The translations under genes and the position numbers were made by a program. Below are positions 52,033 to 63,528 of a stretch of 64,000 bases of DNA, in pieces. Source of the stretch: an uncultured cyanobacterium (lineage in GTDB: Bacteria; Cyanobacteriota; Cyanobacteriia; Cyanobacteriales; Nostocaceae); the NCBI GenBank assembly GCA_963706595.1, contig OY970166.1:2592001-2656000 (forward strand), written 5' to 3'. The number at the start of each line of letters is the position of its first letter. Positions within the stretch are counted from its first letter, which is position 1. The notes below the pieces were generated by a model. That model did not search any database and was not told the origin of the DNA. It was given only the letters and a program-made list of their open reading frames with translations.

Positions 52033-52608
52033 TCAATCAAAATTTATTCCTTCATAAATATCATTGAGAGACATTTGAAAATCTATTGTTTGTAGTGATA
52101 ATACTGCATCTTGGGTTTCATACTCTGTTAATACCCATTGACCATCATTATTTTTATGAAACTGCTCGACAAAATATTCGTATTGGTCAATCATAATATA
52201 TTCTTGAAATGTGGGCAGAGAACGATAATATCTAAATTTACTGGTTTTATCGTAAGTTTCCGTAAATTTAGATAATACTTCGGCAATTATTAAAGGGTTA
52301 GTTACAGTCGTAGCCCCAGTTCCTTCATATATTGGTTCTCCTGGAATAATCATCACATCAGGATATGTGTAGATGTGATAACGGGGTATCCACAACTTGA
52401 CATCACCCATGTAAATTTTGTAATTTTTACCCCGCATTCTGAATTTGAAATTGGTGCAAAAGTTACCTCCTATTTCGTTGTGATTGGTCGTACCACCAGC
52501 TATATGAACAATTTCTCCATCTAGATATTCATTTTTATATTCTGATGTCTCTTCTAGTTGTAAATATTCTTCTGGGGTGTACTGGCGTTTTTGTGTTTGG
52601 GTTTGCAT
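52033..52608 (-). CDS. Uma2-family endonuclease-like protein
   Basis: YTPEEYL, EYLDGEI, YPDVM, AEVLS, DKTSKF. Confidence 0.92.
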   Translation of the reverse strand: MQTQTQKRQYTPEEYLQLEETSEYKNEYLDGEIVHIAGGTTNHNEIGGNFCTNFKFRMRGKNYKIYMGDVKLWIPRYHIYTYPDVMIIPGEPIYEGTGATTVTNPLIIAEVLSKFTETYDKTSKFRYYRSLPTFQEYIMIDQYEYFVEQFHKNNDGQWVLTEYETQDAVLSLQTIDFQMSLNDIYEGINFD

Positions 52609-52633
52609 AAAACTTACCTCTGTGCAAGACAAT

Positions 52634-55336
52634 TTATTGAGGATAATGCTGGAATAAAAATTCTTCAGCTTCTGTTCTATTTTTAATCACTTCGTCTAAA
52701 GTAGCAGCGAGTAAATCATCTAACATTTGGCGAAATTTCGGATTTGGTTTGTAGCCTAATTTTTTTAAATCATTGCCATTAATGATTGGCTGCACATTTG
52801 CTAAAACTGTTAAATAATGCCATATCTGCTTTCTGAGGATGCGCGCACTGGGCAAAGCGATTAAAATCAGCATGGGTAAATCATACTGTCGTAGTAACTG
52901 CACTATTTCACTAGGACGCTGACAAGTTGGTAATAATTCCCTCACCTGGGTTTGGGCTTTATCCAAATTTTCCAAGCGTTTTATTCCATCCTCTGGTAAA
53001 CGCAGATTCTTGGCTACTTTCTCCCGATACTGCGGTTCTAAGTGGGCAATTAACGCTTCTAGACGCATTTCCCAATGAATGAGGGTTTGTTCAGGGTCAA
53101 ATCTTCGTAAACAGCGTTCTAACATTCGCAATTGCTGCAAAAGTGACTCATCTAGTTTCAGGGTAGGATGAATACACTGCAACGCGCCTAATTTATTCAG
53201 TAGTTCTAACGCTGATTTCCAATAGGGGGCTTGAAGAATGTATTTTAATTCAGCTTTGAGTCGAGTTTGTAAGGCTGGGGTTTTAGTATTTGTTTGGGCA
53301 GTGCGATCGTAAACGCCACTATTGATAGCATAGTGGATAAAATCTTCGGTTTGCGATTCCATCTCAAAGCCAAAGCGGACAGCAAAGCGCACACCACGAT
53401 AAATGCGAGTCGGGTCTTCAATAAAACTATTGGGGTGTAAAACCCGAATTTGCTTGGCTTGTAAATCTATTAAACCACCGAAGAAATCCAGTAATTCCCC
53501 TGGACGAGGGGAGGTCAGGCGCAAGGCGAGGGCATTAATGCTAAAATCACGCCGATACAAATCTTGACGAATGGAACTGGCTTCAACTTCCGGGTTTGCG
53601 GCTGGGTAAGGATAAAATTCTGTCCTAGCTGTCGCAATATCCATCCATAAAGAGTCTAATTCGGGGTCTTTGTGCCATAATAAAGCCGCAGTTTGAAAAG
53701 CCCCATGAATTTCTAACCGCGCCCCTGGATAAATTTCTTGCAGTGCTTTTGCTAATTCTACCCCAGCACCCACATCTGCGGCTTGGTGAAAACCATCAAC
53801 TACAAGGTCGATATCTGTAATCATTAATGACCCTGCGGCTGATTCCGCTAACAGTAAATCTCGCACCGCACCACCTACCAAATAAAGATGCCAACCGCGT
53901 TTTTCGGCTGCTTGGGATGCTACGGTGAGTAATTGCCATAGTTGTGGCGCAAGGCGATTTTCTAACTCTGTATTAAAATTTATTTTGAATTTTGAATTTT
54001 GAATTTTGAATTTGTTTTCTTCATCGGCTTGATGTAATTGCCGTAAGACATCGGTGCGGGTGACAATTCCCGCTAATTGTCCATTTTCTAATACTGGTAA
54101 GCGTCCAATATCATAAGTTACCATCAGTGATTCAATTTGTGGCAAGATGGTATCTGGCGTAATTGTTTTGACTTTAGTTGTCATGTAGCCTTTGACTGGT
54201 GCATGACTAAACCCGTGGTGAAAGGCAATATCTATATCTCGTCTGGAAATAATTCCTACCAGTTTTCCTTGGGTATCAACTACAGATAAACCAGAGTGTC
54301 CATAGCGTAATAAAATGCTTTGGGCTTGGGAAATTGTGGTTTCGGGACGAATGGTGCGGACTGGGGAGGACATCAAGTCTCTGGCTGTGGGCGGATGAGG
54401 AATTGAGGTTTTGATGCCGTCTAGGAGTTGTTGTAATGTTTCTTGTGGATTTACTTGGCGTAAATTTAATGATGCGGCTTGAGAATGTCCACCACCACCG
54501 AATATTTGAAATAAAAGATTGAGATTGACACCGGGAATTTGGCAGCGACCGATGATTGTTAAACGCGATTCATTTTCTTTATGTTTATATTCGTTTGCTA
54601 GCAATAAAGCATCAATTTCGGTTAATTCTACCAGTTGCGAAGCTAAACTTGATAACCCTGGCACAAATTCATCTGTTCTTAGTGTCACGCAACCAATAGT
54701 ATATCCACGCAAAGAAAAATATTCTAAGTTTTCCAGGGCTTCAGTTAATAGCTGCTGTAATTGCGGCGATAAACCAGGGTCAAGATAAGTGGAAATTACC
54801 GATGAACTCACTCCTTGTGCCATTAACCAAGCTAAAGCTAAAGCATCTCTGGGTGTGGCACTGTCAAAGGTTAATGAGCCTGTATCTACGTGAATACCCA
54901 AAGCCATGACTGTGGCTTGAGAGAGAGTCAGGGGAATTTGCTGTTGTTGTAATTGTTCCACCATTAAGGTTGTGCAGGCTCCCACTGGTTCAATATGGGA
55001 TGCGGTGGCGGGAATATTTAGCTGTTGACTTATGTGGTGGTCATAAACTATGATCTCTTTTATGTTGGGTAAATCTAACCATTCAGCAGCTTTACCCAGG
55101 CGATCGCGCTGTTGTGTATCCACAACTCTCAAAGAACGAATGTTTTCCGGAATAACTGCACGTCTTTCCATGAGGGGATATTCATCCCGGTGTAGTGCTA
55201 AAAAATCTCTGACAGGCGGATGTGCGCCACCGCTCAGGACAATCTTACTACCTGGCAATAGGCAAGTCAGCCCAACTGCGGCTCCTAACGCGTCAAAATC
55301 GGCGGTTGTGTGACAAAGAATTAAGTCCGTATTCAT
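52634..55336 (-). CDS. DHH + CBS + tRNA nucleotidyltransferase (A-adding type)
   Basis: [18 protein letters not shown], two CBS domains, VGGAVRD, DIDL, DLYRRDF, EDPTR. Confidence 0.93.
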   Translation of the reverse strand: MNTDLILCHTTADFDALGAAVGLTCLLPGSKIVLSGGAHPPVRDFLALHRDEYPLMERRAVIPENIRSLRVVDTQQRDRLGKAAEWLDLPNIKEIIVYDHHISQQLNIPATASHIEPVGACTTLMVEQLQQQQIPLTLSQATVMALGIHVDTGSLTFDSATPRDALALAWLMAQGVSSSVISTYLDPGLSPQLQQLLTEALENLEYFSLRGYTIGCVTLRTDEFVPGLSSLASQLVELTEIDALLLANEYKHKENESRLTIIGRCQIPGVNLNLLFQIFGGGGHSQAASLNLRQVNPQETLQQLLDGIKTSIPHPPTARDLMSSPVRTIRPETTISQAQSILLRYGHSGLSVVDTQGKLVGIISRRDIDIAFHHGFSHAPVKGYMTTKVKTITPDTILPQIESLMVTYDIGRLPVLENGQLAGIVTRTDVLRQLHQADEENKFKIQNSKFKINFNTELENRLAPQLWQLLTVASQAAEKRGWHLYLVGGAVRDLLLAESAAGSLMITDIDLVVDGFHQAADVGAGVELAKALQEIYPGARLEIHGAFQTAALLWHKDPELDSLWMDIATARTEFYPYPAANPEVEASSIRQDLYRRDFSINALALRLTSPRPGELLDFFGGLIDLQAKQIRVLHPNSFIEDPTRIYRGVRFAVRFGFEMESQTEDFIHYAINSGVYDRTAQTNTKTPALQTRLKAELKYILQAPYWKSALELLNKLGALQCIHPTLKLDESLLQQLRMLERCLRRFDPEQTLIHWEMRLEALIAHLEPQYREKVAKNLRLPEDGIKRLENLDKAQTQVRELLPTCQRPSEIVQLLRQYDLPMLILIALPSARILRKQIWHYLTVLANVQPIINGNDLKKLGYKPNPKFRQMLDDLLAATLDEVIKNRTEAEEFLFQHYPQ

Positions 55337-55559
55337 TAGTCATCAGTCCTGTTTTGGAAATCCTAGTTCCTAGTCAGCGATTCATCGCTCAGAGCCTGGA
55401 TGAGCAGGACTAAAGTCCTGACTACAAACTAGATTTAGTTACTTAACAATGACTATAGTGACGCAAATTCTGCTAGCTTAACAAATAAGGCAAAACTGTT
55501 CGTGTCGCCCTTTACGATATTCTAGGTTTAGTATTTGCGCTAGTTTGAGAGAAGGAAAA

Positions 55560-55748
55560 ATGACCATAATATTTCAATTCGCTTTGATATCTTTAGTTCT
55601 CACATCTTTTGTTTTGGTAGTTGGCGTTCCTGTGGCCTATGCTACCCCACAAAATTGGGTGGAATCGAAAAAACTCCTTTGGCTTGGTTCTGGAGTTTGG
55701 ATTGCTTTGGTGCTTTTAGTCGGTGTATTAAACTTTTTTGTAGTTTAA
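55560..55748 (+). CDS. psbZ: Photosystem II protein Z
   Basis: 62 aa, [14 protein letters not shown]...LNFFVV. Confidence 0.97.
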   Translation: MTIIFQFALISLVLTSFVLVVGVPVAYATPQNWVESKKLLWLGSGVWIALVLLVGVLNFFVV

Positions 55749-55926
55749 GCGATCGCTGATATCTATTTGCCAAAAATAGCATAGCAACTACAGGAGCAGA
55801 AGAGCCAAGAACAAGATTTTGATTTTTCGATTTTCTGGTTCTATTTACCTAATTGTACTCTTCTGCTCCTCAGCATTTAAACAAGAAATGTATATTGGTC
55901 AGAGTATAGTTGATTAAGAGGCAGTC

Positions 55927-56505
55927 ATGGCAGTTTTTGAGGGAACTTTTGCTCAAACGGAACCGTTGCATTTAGCAGTGGTTGTGGGTCGATTCAACGA
56001 CCTCATTACCGGGAAGCTGCTACAGGGTTGTCAAGATTGCTTGAAACGCCACGGTGTAGACCCAGATCCCCACGGTAGCCAAGTGGACTATGTTTGGGTT
56101 CCTGGAAGTTTTGAAGTGCCTCTGGTCGCCCGTCAACTGGCACTTTCCCATCGTTATGATGCGGTAATTTGTTTGGGTGCAGTGATTCGGGGACAAACGC
56201 CTCATTTTGATTATGTCTCGGCTGAAGTGTCTAAGGGTATCGCCGCCGCTAGCTTTCAAACTGGTGTGCCGGTAATTTTTGGCATTTTGACCGTGGATAC
56301 TATGCAGCAAGCCTTAGAACGAGCTGGGATTAAAGGTAATCATGGCTGGGACTATGCCATGAATGCCCTAGAAATGGCTAGTCTGATGCGGCAATTGCGC
56401 TCTAATCTCACAGAGTCATATCCCCGAAATGGTCAGTCTTTACCAGCATCTTTTTCTGAAAAGAACATCGGTAATTTAGCCGCAGAGTCAGAAGAAGTCG
56501 GCTGA
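55927..56505 (+). CDS. ribH: 6,7-dimethyl-8-ribityllumazine synthase
   Basis: [36 protein letters not shown]. Confidence 0.98.
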   Translation: MAVFEGTFAQTEPLHLAVVVGRFNDLITGKLLQGCQDCLKRHGVDPDPHGSQVDYVWVPGSFEVPLVARQLALSHRYDAVICLGAVIRGQTPHFDYVSAEVSKGIAAASFQTGVPVIFGILTVDTMQQALERAGIKGNHGWDYAMNALEMASLMRQLRSNLTESYPRNGQSLPASFSEKNIGNLAAESEEVG

Positions 56506-56628
56506 GTCTGGTGCAAGATGTGCTGAGGAATGGGGATTTAATCAAATGCACCAACCTCACCCCCAACCCCTCTTCTTACCAAGTAGAGGGGAGAAATCAA
56601 AAAAAACTCATAGATTTAAATTTAGGGG

Positions 56629-56657
56629 TTGACAAATCAAAATATATCTGAGATTAT
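56629..56657 (+). promoter_or_regulatory. Sigma70-type promoter of tRNA-Gly
   Basis: TTGACA-N17-GATTAT about 18 nt upstream of the tRNA. Confidence 0.6.
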
Positions 56658-56675
56658 AGAGTTTACATGGGAACT

Positions 56676-56747
56676 GCGGGTATAGCTCAGTGGTAGAGCG
56701 TCACCTTGCCAAGGTGAATGTCGCGCGTTCGAATCGCGTTACCCGCT
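56676..56747 (+). tRNA. tRNA-Gly(GCC), CCA not encoded
   Basis: Acceptor stem gcgggta/tacccgc, D arm gctc-agtggta-gagc, anticodon loop ttGCCaa, T arm gcgcg-ttcgaat-cgcgt. Confidence 0.97.
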
Positions 56748-57003
56748 TTTAAAAATTTTTATGTCTAGGTTAGCATATCTCTTGAGAGTGTTTAACCGGA
56801 CTACAATTTTTTGGGGTGTAGCCAACCTGCTTTATGTGGGTGTACTAGACTGGATTAAGTCTGGCTAGTTAAACGGCAGTATGATCAGTTAAAGCACGAT
56901 TTAGCCTCTCTTGGCTATTGGCCGTGGGAAACCAAACCCCAAGTTATTGTGGAACGGTATTCTCGCAGAAAATGAAAAACACGCTCAAGTTCTTAGAACG
57001 CTT

Positions 57004-57411
57004 GTGCCATCTCAAAAACCCGAAAAAATTGATTTTAACACGGAATATCCCTGTCCCTGCCGTCGCAAAGGACAATTAATTCCGATTACACTAACTGAAG
57101 CATTTGGTTGCGATCGCTGTCAACAAATCTTTGTCATAGAAGATAATGGTCGTGTCCTAGAACAGCTTTCAACCACCTATCCCTACAAACGAGCTTGGCA
57201 TTGGACGGGAAAAAGTTGGCGGATTGTGCCGACGCGGTTGGGAGAAAGTTATCTACCTATAGCGCTAGGCATTATATTCGTGCTAGTGATTATATGGTTA
57301 CCATTAGCACTGCGATTGGCAAATGGTTCTAGCATTATTGCCTGGGCGATAGTGGCGGTGCTGTTGGCTATTCTGCCAGCACTGATGGTCTGGCTTACTT
57401 ACAGAAGTTAA
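57004..57411 (+). CDS. Hypothetical zinc-ribbon membrane protein
   Basis: YPCPCRR...FGCDRCQ, two C-terminal TM helices; start uncertain (frame open from 56911). Confidence 0.72.
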   Translation: MPSQKPEKIDFNTEYPCPCRRKGQLIPITLTEAFGCDRCQQIFVIEDNGRVLEQLSTTYPYKRAWHWTGKSWRIVPTRLGESYLPIALGIIFVLVIIWLPLALRLANGSSIIAWAIVAVLLAILPALMVWLTYRS

Positions 57412-57415
57412 TTCA

Positions 57416-58681
57416 ATGACCGTTGAAGTTTTGGATGATTTCCCCGAACCAATTACTAGCGCTAAACGTGCTTATCAAGCGTCCCTCAAGTTGGGGTTTA
57501 CCAAGGGAGTAGACCGCAGTCGCGCTGTGTTAGCAATGGCACAGGCGCTGTCAAATTCTTTTGATGACATTTTGGAAGCTAACACTTTGGATTTAGAAGC
57601 CAGCAAAGAAATGGCTGTGCCAGAGTTAATTTTAGACTGGTTGAAGCTGACTCCCACTAGGCTAGAAGCAGCAGTAGAAGTTCTTCAGAGGTTGGGGGAA
57701 ATCTCTGACCCTTTACGGCGAGTCAGGAACGCGGACTATCAATTGGAAGATTCCCAGAGTTACACTCAGTTAATGCCTTTGGGAGTAATTGCCTTTGTTT
57801 ATGAGGCTTTTCCTGATTTAGGTGCGATCGCAGCTGGTTTATGTATTAAGACTGGTAATAGTATCATACTCAAGGGTAGTACAGAAGCGAGTCATTCTAA
57901 CGAAGCGATCGCAAATGTCCTGCAAAACGCCATTGAGGAAGTTGGTTTACCTCCAGGCTGTGTAGAACTGATTAAAGCCGAACACGGTGCTTCCATTCGG
58001 GATTTAGTCACCCAAGACAAATATGTGAATTTAATACTGCCTTATGGACGTTCTAGCTTAGTCCAGCAGGTAATGCGCCAATCAACTTGCCCCGTGTTAA
58101 AATCAGCAATGGGTAACTGTTACCTTTACTGGTCACTCAATAGCAGCTTAGACATGATTCGCTGGATGATTATGGATAGCCATGAGAGCGAACCAGACCA
58201 AGTAAACGCCATTGAAAAAGTATTAATTCACCGTCAAGCCTTACCATCATCTTTGGCAGCTTTGTGGAACAGCTTAACAGAAAAAGGCTTTGAAATTAAA
58301 GGAGACGAAGAGCTAGTAGAAGCTTTTGGGCATTTGCAGCTAGTGAAGCCAGAAGAATGGGGAAATTCTTATTTAACCAAGACAGTAGCATTTAAACTGG
58401 TAGATAGTTTAGAAGATGCGATCGCTTGGATTAATCAATACAGTAGCGGTCATGCTGACTGCATAGTTACCGAATCCTATCAAGAAAGTCGCCAGTTTGC
58501 TTTAGGAGTGAACAGCGCCTCGACCTACATCAACACTTCCCCCCGGTTTTCTCGCAACCCTTCCAGGGGAGATTCAGTATTTCTCGGTATGTCTAACCAA
58601 AAAGGACACCGGAGAGGATTTATTAGTTTGGAAACCTTAACGACTGCGAAGCACATTGTCCAAGGAAATGGACGGTTTTAG
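57416..58681 (+). CDS. proA: Gamma-glutamyl phosphate reductase-like protein (divergent ProA paralogue)
   Basis: MPLGVIAFVYEA, KTGNSIILKG, YSSGHADCIVT; catalytic CNA motif reads VNA. Confidence 0.8.
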   Translation: MTVEVLDDFPEPITSAKRAYQASLKLGFTKGVDRSRAVLAMAQALSNSFDDILEANTLDLEASKEMAVPELILDWLKLTPTRLEAAVEVLQRLGEISDPLRRVRNADYQLEDSQSYTQLMPLGVIAFVYEAFPDLGAIAAGLCIKTGNSIILKGSTEASHSNEAIANVLQNAIEEVGLPPGCVELIKAEHGASIRDLVTQDKYVNLILPYGRSSLVQQVMRQSTCPVLKSAMGNCYLYWSLNSSLDMIRWMIMDSHESEPDQVNAIEKVLIHRQALPSSLAALWNSLTEKGFEIKGDEELVEAFGHLQLVKPEEWGNSYLTKTVAFKLVDSLEDAIAWINQYSSGHADCIVTESYQESRQFALGVNSASTYINTSPRFSRNPSRGDSVFLGMSNQKGHRRGFISLETLTTAKHIVQGNGRF

Positions 58682-58894
58682 AAGTTATGAGAGAAGTAAA
58701 AGGGTTGTATATTTAAAATAATTATTATAAATATACTCCACTAACTTCTGATAGTCAGCAAAACTTCATTAACCCAGAATTTAAATTCTATGTCAAATCG
58801 ACTAAAGCTTTCAATGTCACCTCTGGAAATGATGCATTTATTTTTATATGACCTGAAAATTCCGGAACGTCCTCGTAATTCCTAGTTAATTGAA

Positions 58895-59449
58895 TCATTC
58901 AAATACAGGTGGCCATAATTCAGAAACAGCAACTTCCCAAGCAGGAAATAACTCATTAATAGATAACTTATCTTCACCTGTTAAAACTTCAACATCACCA
59001 TTAGGACGATATACACTCACAGATAATTCATCAGGATTAATTAATATTCCTACTCTTGCACCTAACTCTAAAAATAACTTAACTTTATCTTCTAACTTAG
59101 AAACTCTATCGGTTTTCGATTTTATTTCTACAACCAAATCAGGTACTAACTGACCAAAATCTCTCACCGTGCGTTTTAGTCTTGACGCAGCTACAAAAGA
59201 AACATCAGGAGCGCGTAAATCAGTATTTGGCATAATAAACCCACCACTTGAGTCAAATATCCGCCCAAGTTTACGAGGTTTTATCCAATTACCTAATAAC
59301 CTGATTAATTCAGCCCCGATTTCACTAGATTCAATATCTGATGGACCCATAACTAGAATGTTTCCTTCTTGCAGTTCTATTTGGTAGTCCTGCTCATCCT
59401 CTTGTAGCTTTTGTTGTAGTCTGTCTACATCTTCAATAGTGAAAGTCAT
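58895..59449 (-). CDS. Uma2-family endonuclease-like protein
   Basis: RAPDVSFV, VPDLVVEIKS. Confidence 0.92.
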   Translation of the reverse strand: MTFTIEDVDRLQQKLQEDEQDYQIELQEGNILVMGPSDIESSEIGAELIRLLGNWIKPRKLGRIFDSSGGFIMPNTDLRAPDVSFVAASRLKRTVRDFGQLVPDLVVEIKSKTDRVSKLEDKVKLFLELGARVGILINPDELSVSVYRPNGDVEVLTGEDKLSINELFPAWEVAVSELWPPVFE

Positions 59450-59563
59450 AGAACTTCTCAGATATAGTTCATCATACAGTCATCTTATCACTCTTCCTTT
59501 GTATGTAGTTGCGCTTTAGCGCTAAAACGCAACTACAAACTATGATGATTTATTCATGCGGAC

Positions 59564-60655
59564 TTACTCTGGAGTTGCTGCGCTTCCCATGAGTTTTAGC
59601 CAGCGATAATTAGAAGCTAATGCTTCAGTAAAAGTTTCACAAACATTGTATTTCACGTCAAAATCTTCGCAGACATCAGCTAATATTTTAGCTATTTGAG
59701 GATAATGAACGTGGCAAATATTAGGGAATAAATGATGCACAACTTGATAATTAAGACCACCTAGATACCAATTTAAAAACTGATTTTTGGGAGCAAAATC
59801 TACAGTGGTTTTGATTTGAAAAATTGCCCATTCATCATTAATTTGCTGCAAATCTGAATTGGGTTCAATAAACTCGGCTGCTTCCAAAACATGAGCCAGC
59901 ATGAAAATCACACAAATCATTAAGCCATAGGTCATGTAAGTAATCACAAATCCCAAAACAGCCTGAATAGGTGAATATCCGACAGCAATTGGTATTCCCA
60001 AGAAAAGTCCCAGCCACATCAACTTTCCACTGTAGAAAACCAACAGGTCTAGTGGTTTAAGTGTGGGAATATCATAGGTATGATATTTCCGCTTAATCGT
60101 CACTAAATAAACATCAGCAAAAGACCAATACAAGGGAATGATGGGATATATAAACCAAATGAATAGGTGTTGAAATGAATGATACCATTTATGTTCCATA
60201 TAAGGAGTCATCCGCACTAATCCATCACCATGTATTTCGACATCATGTCCTAATATATTGGTGTATTTGTGGTGCAAGAAATTATGTCTAAATTTCCACA
60301 AAAAACTAGATAAACCAATGATATCAAAGGTGTAACCAAAGATATTATTGACTATTTTGTGACGAGAATAACCACCATGATTTGCATCATGTCCCACACT
60401 AAAACCAATACCAGCAATACCAAATCCTAAAGCAATACAGCCAATTACTTTTAGCCATATTTCAGGCGGACCGAAGAGCGTAAAAGTCCAAGTAGCGATG
60501 ACCCATGACAAAATCATTGTTGTCTTAATGTACATCGCGGGATTATCTCTAGTAGAAATATCCTGCGACTCAAAATAAGCATCAACTCGCTTATTTAATT
60601 CCTTTCTAAAACCGTAGTTTTTAGTAAAAGTTACTTTTGGTTGTGTTTGTGTCAT
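59564..60655 (-). CDS. desD: Acyl-lipid delta-6 (front-end) desaturase
   Basis: HDANH, HNFLHH and QVVHH (Gln-first third box typical of front-end desaturases); no cytochrome b5 domain. Confidence 0.85.
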   Translation of the reverse strand: MTQTQPKVTFTKNYGFRKELNKRVDAYFESQDISTRDNPAMYIKTTMILSWVIATWTFTLFGPPEIWLKVIGCIALGFGIAGIGFSVGHDANHGGYSRHKIVNNIFGYTFDIIGLSSFLWKFRHNFLHHKYTNILGHDVEIHGDGLVRMTPYMEHKWYHSFQHLFIWFIYPIIPLYWSFADVYLVTIKRKYHTYDIPTLKPLDLLVFYSGKLMWLGLFLGIPIAVGYSPIQAVLGFVITYMTYGLMICVIFMLAHVLEAAEFIEPNSDLQQINDEWAIFQIKTTVDFAPKNQFLNWYLGGLNYQVVHHLFPNICHVHYPQIAKILADVCEDFDVKYNVCETFTEALASNYRWLKLMGSAATPE

Positions 60656-60954
60656 GTATTTGATTGCACTGGATTCATTTGTGGGATAAAAATCGGGCTT
60701 TTGTCGCATATCTCTAGAGATAAACTCTATTACTAAAAATCTCAGTAAATAAAAAACTACCAGAATTAATCTTTACAGAAGAATAGACATTAATCAACAC
60801 CTAAACTATTCAATTAAGAAACTTTTCTTAATTCTCCTTACTCACTCTTCTGTGCGCCTGGTGCGACTCTGCTTGTTAGCGTCAGCGAGGCGTAGCCCGA
60901 TAAAAAAAGTCCGCGCCTGCGGACTTCCTGTATATAGCGAAGAATCATCCTCGC

Positions 60955-62025
60955 CTACTTCTGGTGATTAGATGTATAGTAAACTTTACTACCTGTATCC
61001 GGGACAAAATGACAGCTAATAGCTGAACGCCATACCGATTTCCAAATAGGTTCCTCAGACTTGCGGAAATATTCACCCATAATCGGTTTAATCGCCTCAG
61101 TCGCCTTCAGCAAATTGTAGTGAGGCATATTCAGGAAGATATGGTGAGCAACATGAGTACCGATATCATGATGGATATGATTGATAAAACCGTAGTCCCG
61201 ATCAATACTAGAAATTGCACCTTTGAGGAAAGTCCAATCTTCTCCACGATACCAAGGAATATCTTGCTCTGTATGATGTAAAAATGTCACCAAATCTAAC
61301 CAAATCACAAACACAATGTAAGGCATAGCGTAGTATTTTAGTAACCACATCCAACCCCACTGAAAGGTAAAGAAGCCTAGTAAAGCTACCATACCAATCC
61401 AAAGTGCAGTACTAGTCAAGACATCCCATTTTTCGGAAGGCTTAAAAAGTGGGCTACTAGGTGAAAAGTGGGAACCTTTCTTCCCCGGAGAACGCTGAAA
61501 TAAATACACCGGATAAGCCAAAAGAAAGACATAATATCGTCCTATCTTTTGCACCAAGTCCATTTCCTTATACTGCGATTCTGACACAGGATACCAACTT
61601 TCATCATTATCGAGATGTCCAGTATTTTTGTGATGGGTTCTGTGGCTAATTCTCCACCCGTGATAAGGAACCAATATCGGCGTGTGAGATAAATGTCCAA
61701 TCAAATCATTCAGCCATTTGTGCTTAGAAAAAGATTGGTGTCCGCAGTCATGTCCAACGACAAATAAAGCCCAAAACATTGTTCCTTGCATGACCCAGAA
61801 AACCGGCCAAAAATACCAAGAATCTAGGTAATTAGCCACTGCATAAAGCAGTCCAATAATCAAGATGTCACGGAAGAAATAAAATAGGGATTTTGTCACA
61901 CTTGGCTGAAAGCATTCAGCAGGTATTGCTGCTTTCAAATCCTGAAGAGTAAAGGGAAGTTTACTTATTTCTTCAGACGGTTCACAGTCATCAGGATTAT
62001 TAAAAGCGATGGTATTTGATTGCAC
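60955..62025 (-). CDS. desB: Omega-3 (delta-15) acyl-lipid desaturase
   Basis: PFTLQDLKAAIP, HDCGH, GWRISHRTHH, HVAHH. Confidence 0.95.
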   Translation of the reverse strand: MQSNTIAFNNPDDCEPSEEISKLPFTLQDLKAAIPAECFQPSVTKSLFYFFRDILIIGLLYAVANYLDSWYFWPVFWVMQGTMFWALFVVGHDCGHQSFSKHKWLNDLIGHLSHTPILVPYHGWRISHRTHHKNTGHLDNDESWYPVSESQYKEMDLVQKIGRYYVFLLAYPVYLFQRSPGKKGSHFSPSSPLFKPSEKWDVLTSTALWIGMVALLGFFTFQWGWMWLLKYYAMPYIVFVIWLDLVTFLHHTEQDIPWYRGEDWTFLKGAISSIDRDYGFINHIHHDIGTHVAHHIFLNMPHYNLLKATEAIKPIMGEYFRKSEEPIWKSVWRSAISCHFVPDTGSKVYYTSNHQK

Positions 62026-62235
62026 TTGATTCTTTGGTGGGATATAAATCGGATTTTTTTGACATATCTCTAGTATTAGCCTTGACTAATACTCAAGCAG
62101 ATAATCTCTGGTAATTCACCTCAGAATTTAAGTAGATCAAGAATTACCAGAATCTATTTAATTTACAGGATACTAAATACTATTGCAACAACAAGGCTGC
62201 AATTTGCTTGATAGGTAAACTACTGGCAATACTAT

Positions 62236-63288
62236 TTATTTTCCTGCGTAATATTCGTCGAAAGTCTCATAGCCAATATCAGTTTTGTATAGTTGACATT
62301 GGTCTGTGATTTGCTTCATTAAAGACCAAGAGAACTCACATTCATCATGGAGATAAGGCTGCCAATTTTCTTTGATGCTGCTGTAAGCTAGCCGCAAATT
62401 ATAGGAAGGAATGGCAGTTGAAATATGATGAGGAACGTGGACATTGATATCGTGGCAGAAAATTTCAACCCAACGAGGATAATCACAATGAATAGTACCA
62501 GATAATTGTGCTAAAGCCTCGTTCCACTTGCTTGCTGTGTTAAAAGGAACATCTGATGCAGTGTGGTGAACGATGGTGAAGGTACTCATCCAAAAATGGT
62601 ATACCATCCAGGGTAAGAGCCAAAACTTGACAAATCCCCAAATACCTGTTGTGGCAATTAGGATCGGGAATGCGATCGCAGCAAATATAACTACTACAGC
62701 TACAGAAAGCTTAACACTGGATTGGTCTTTAGGTTTGAAGTTCCGCGCATCAAAATGCACCAACGCCCAATGTCCAATGGAACCTACCCACCACAGACGC
62801 TTACGCATGAAGCCTTCAAAGGCAAACTGCCTCAAGGGTGTCCAATTGGCAAATACGTGTGTTCTAATGGGATGCCAAGCATTATCCTCATCCAATTTGT
62901 TGGTATGAGCGTGGTGATAATTATGCTTAATCCGCCAACTGTGGAAGGGATAAATTAAGGGAGCCATAAATATGTGTCCCACTAAATCATTTACCCAACG
63001 ACGTTTGGCAAAAGACCTGTGACCACAATCATGGCCAACTACGAAAAAACCTGTTAAAGCAGTGCCTGTAAAAATCCAAGCTACAGGTAAGAGAAACCAC
63101 GGACTGATAGCTAGAAAACAGTAGCCCAAGCCGACCATCAAGACACTGAGTAGTGCTTGTGTCCAAGCTTTGCGACTGTTTTTTTCAAAACATTCTCGTG
63201 GCAAAGTCTTGATAATATCTTTGAGCTTGAAGTTGGGTTCGCCAAGGTCTTCACCTAGTTTCTGGCTGTTGATTATTGATGTAGTCAT
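62236..63288 (-). CDS. desA: Delta-12 acyl-lipid desaturase
   Basis: [25 protein letters not shown]. Confidence 0.95.
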   Translation of the reverse strand: MTTSIINSQKLGEDLGEPNFKLKDIIKTLPRECFEKNSRKAWTQALLSVLMVGLGYCFLAISPWFLLPVAWIFTGTALTGFFVVGHDCGHRSFAKRRWVNDLVGHIFMAPLIYPFHSWRIKHNYHHAHTNKLDEDNAWHPIRTHVFANWTPLRQFAFEGFMRKRLWWVGSIGHWALVHFDARNFKPKDQSSVKLSVAVVVIFAAIAFPILIATTGIWGFVKFWLLPWMVYHFWMSTFTIVHHTASDVPFNTASKWNEALAQLSGTIHCDYPRWVEIFCHDINVHVPHHISTAIPSYNLRLAYSSIKENWQPYLHDECEFSWSLMKQITDQCQLYKTDIGYETFDEYYAGK

Positions 63289-63528
63289 GAACACCTGGAA
63301 AACATTATGCTGTACTGCCTAGTCACCAAAAAAGTGGCTAGGCGCAAAGTTTCTTAACATTAGCGTCTCAGATTATAACAACCCCAGCGACACAAGCGCA
63401 CTATTAAATAGCTGTAGTTGATAATTTTTCGAGGTGATGAATGGTTATTAGTTGCTCGTAGAAATTACTTTTTAGCCAATAGTGAATAAATTCTGTAACT
63501 TATCCACTATTAACCAATAACCTGGAAA

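Noticed and set aside
56748..56900. Genomic island integrated at tRNA-Gly
   Set aside because: No integrase or duplicated tRNA 3' end; downstream genes look like core genes
60656..60709. 18-aa N-terminal extension of desD in the ORF track
   Set aside because: It lies in the duplicated desB leader; ATG 60655 fits a cyanobacterial DesD start better
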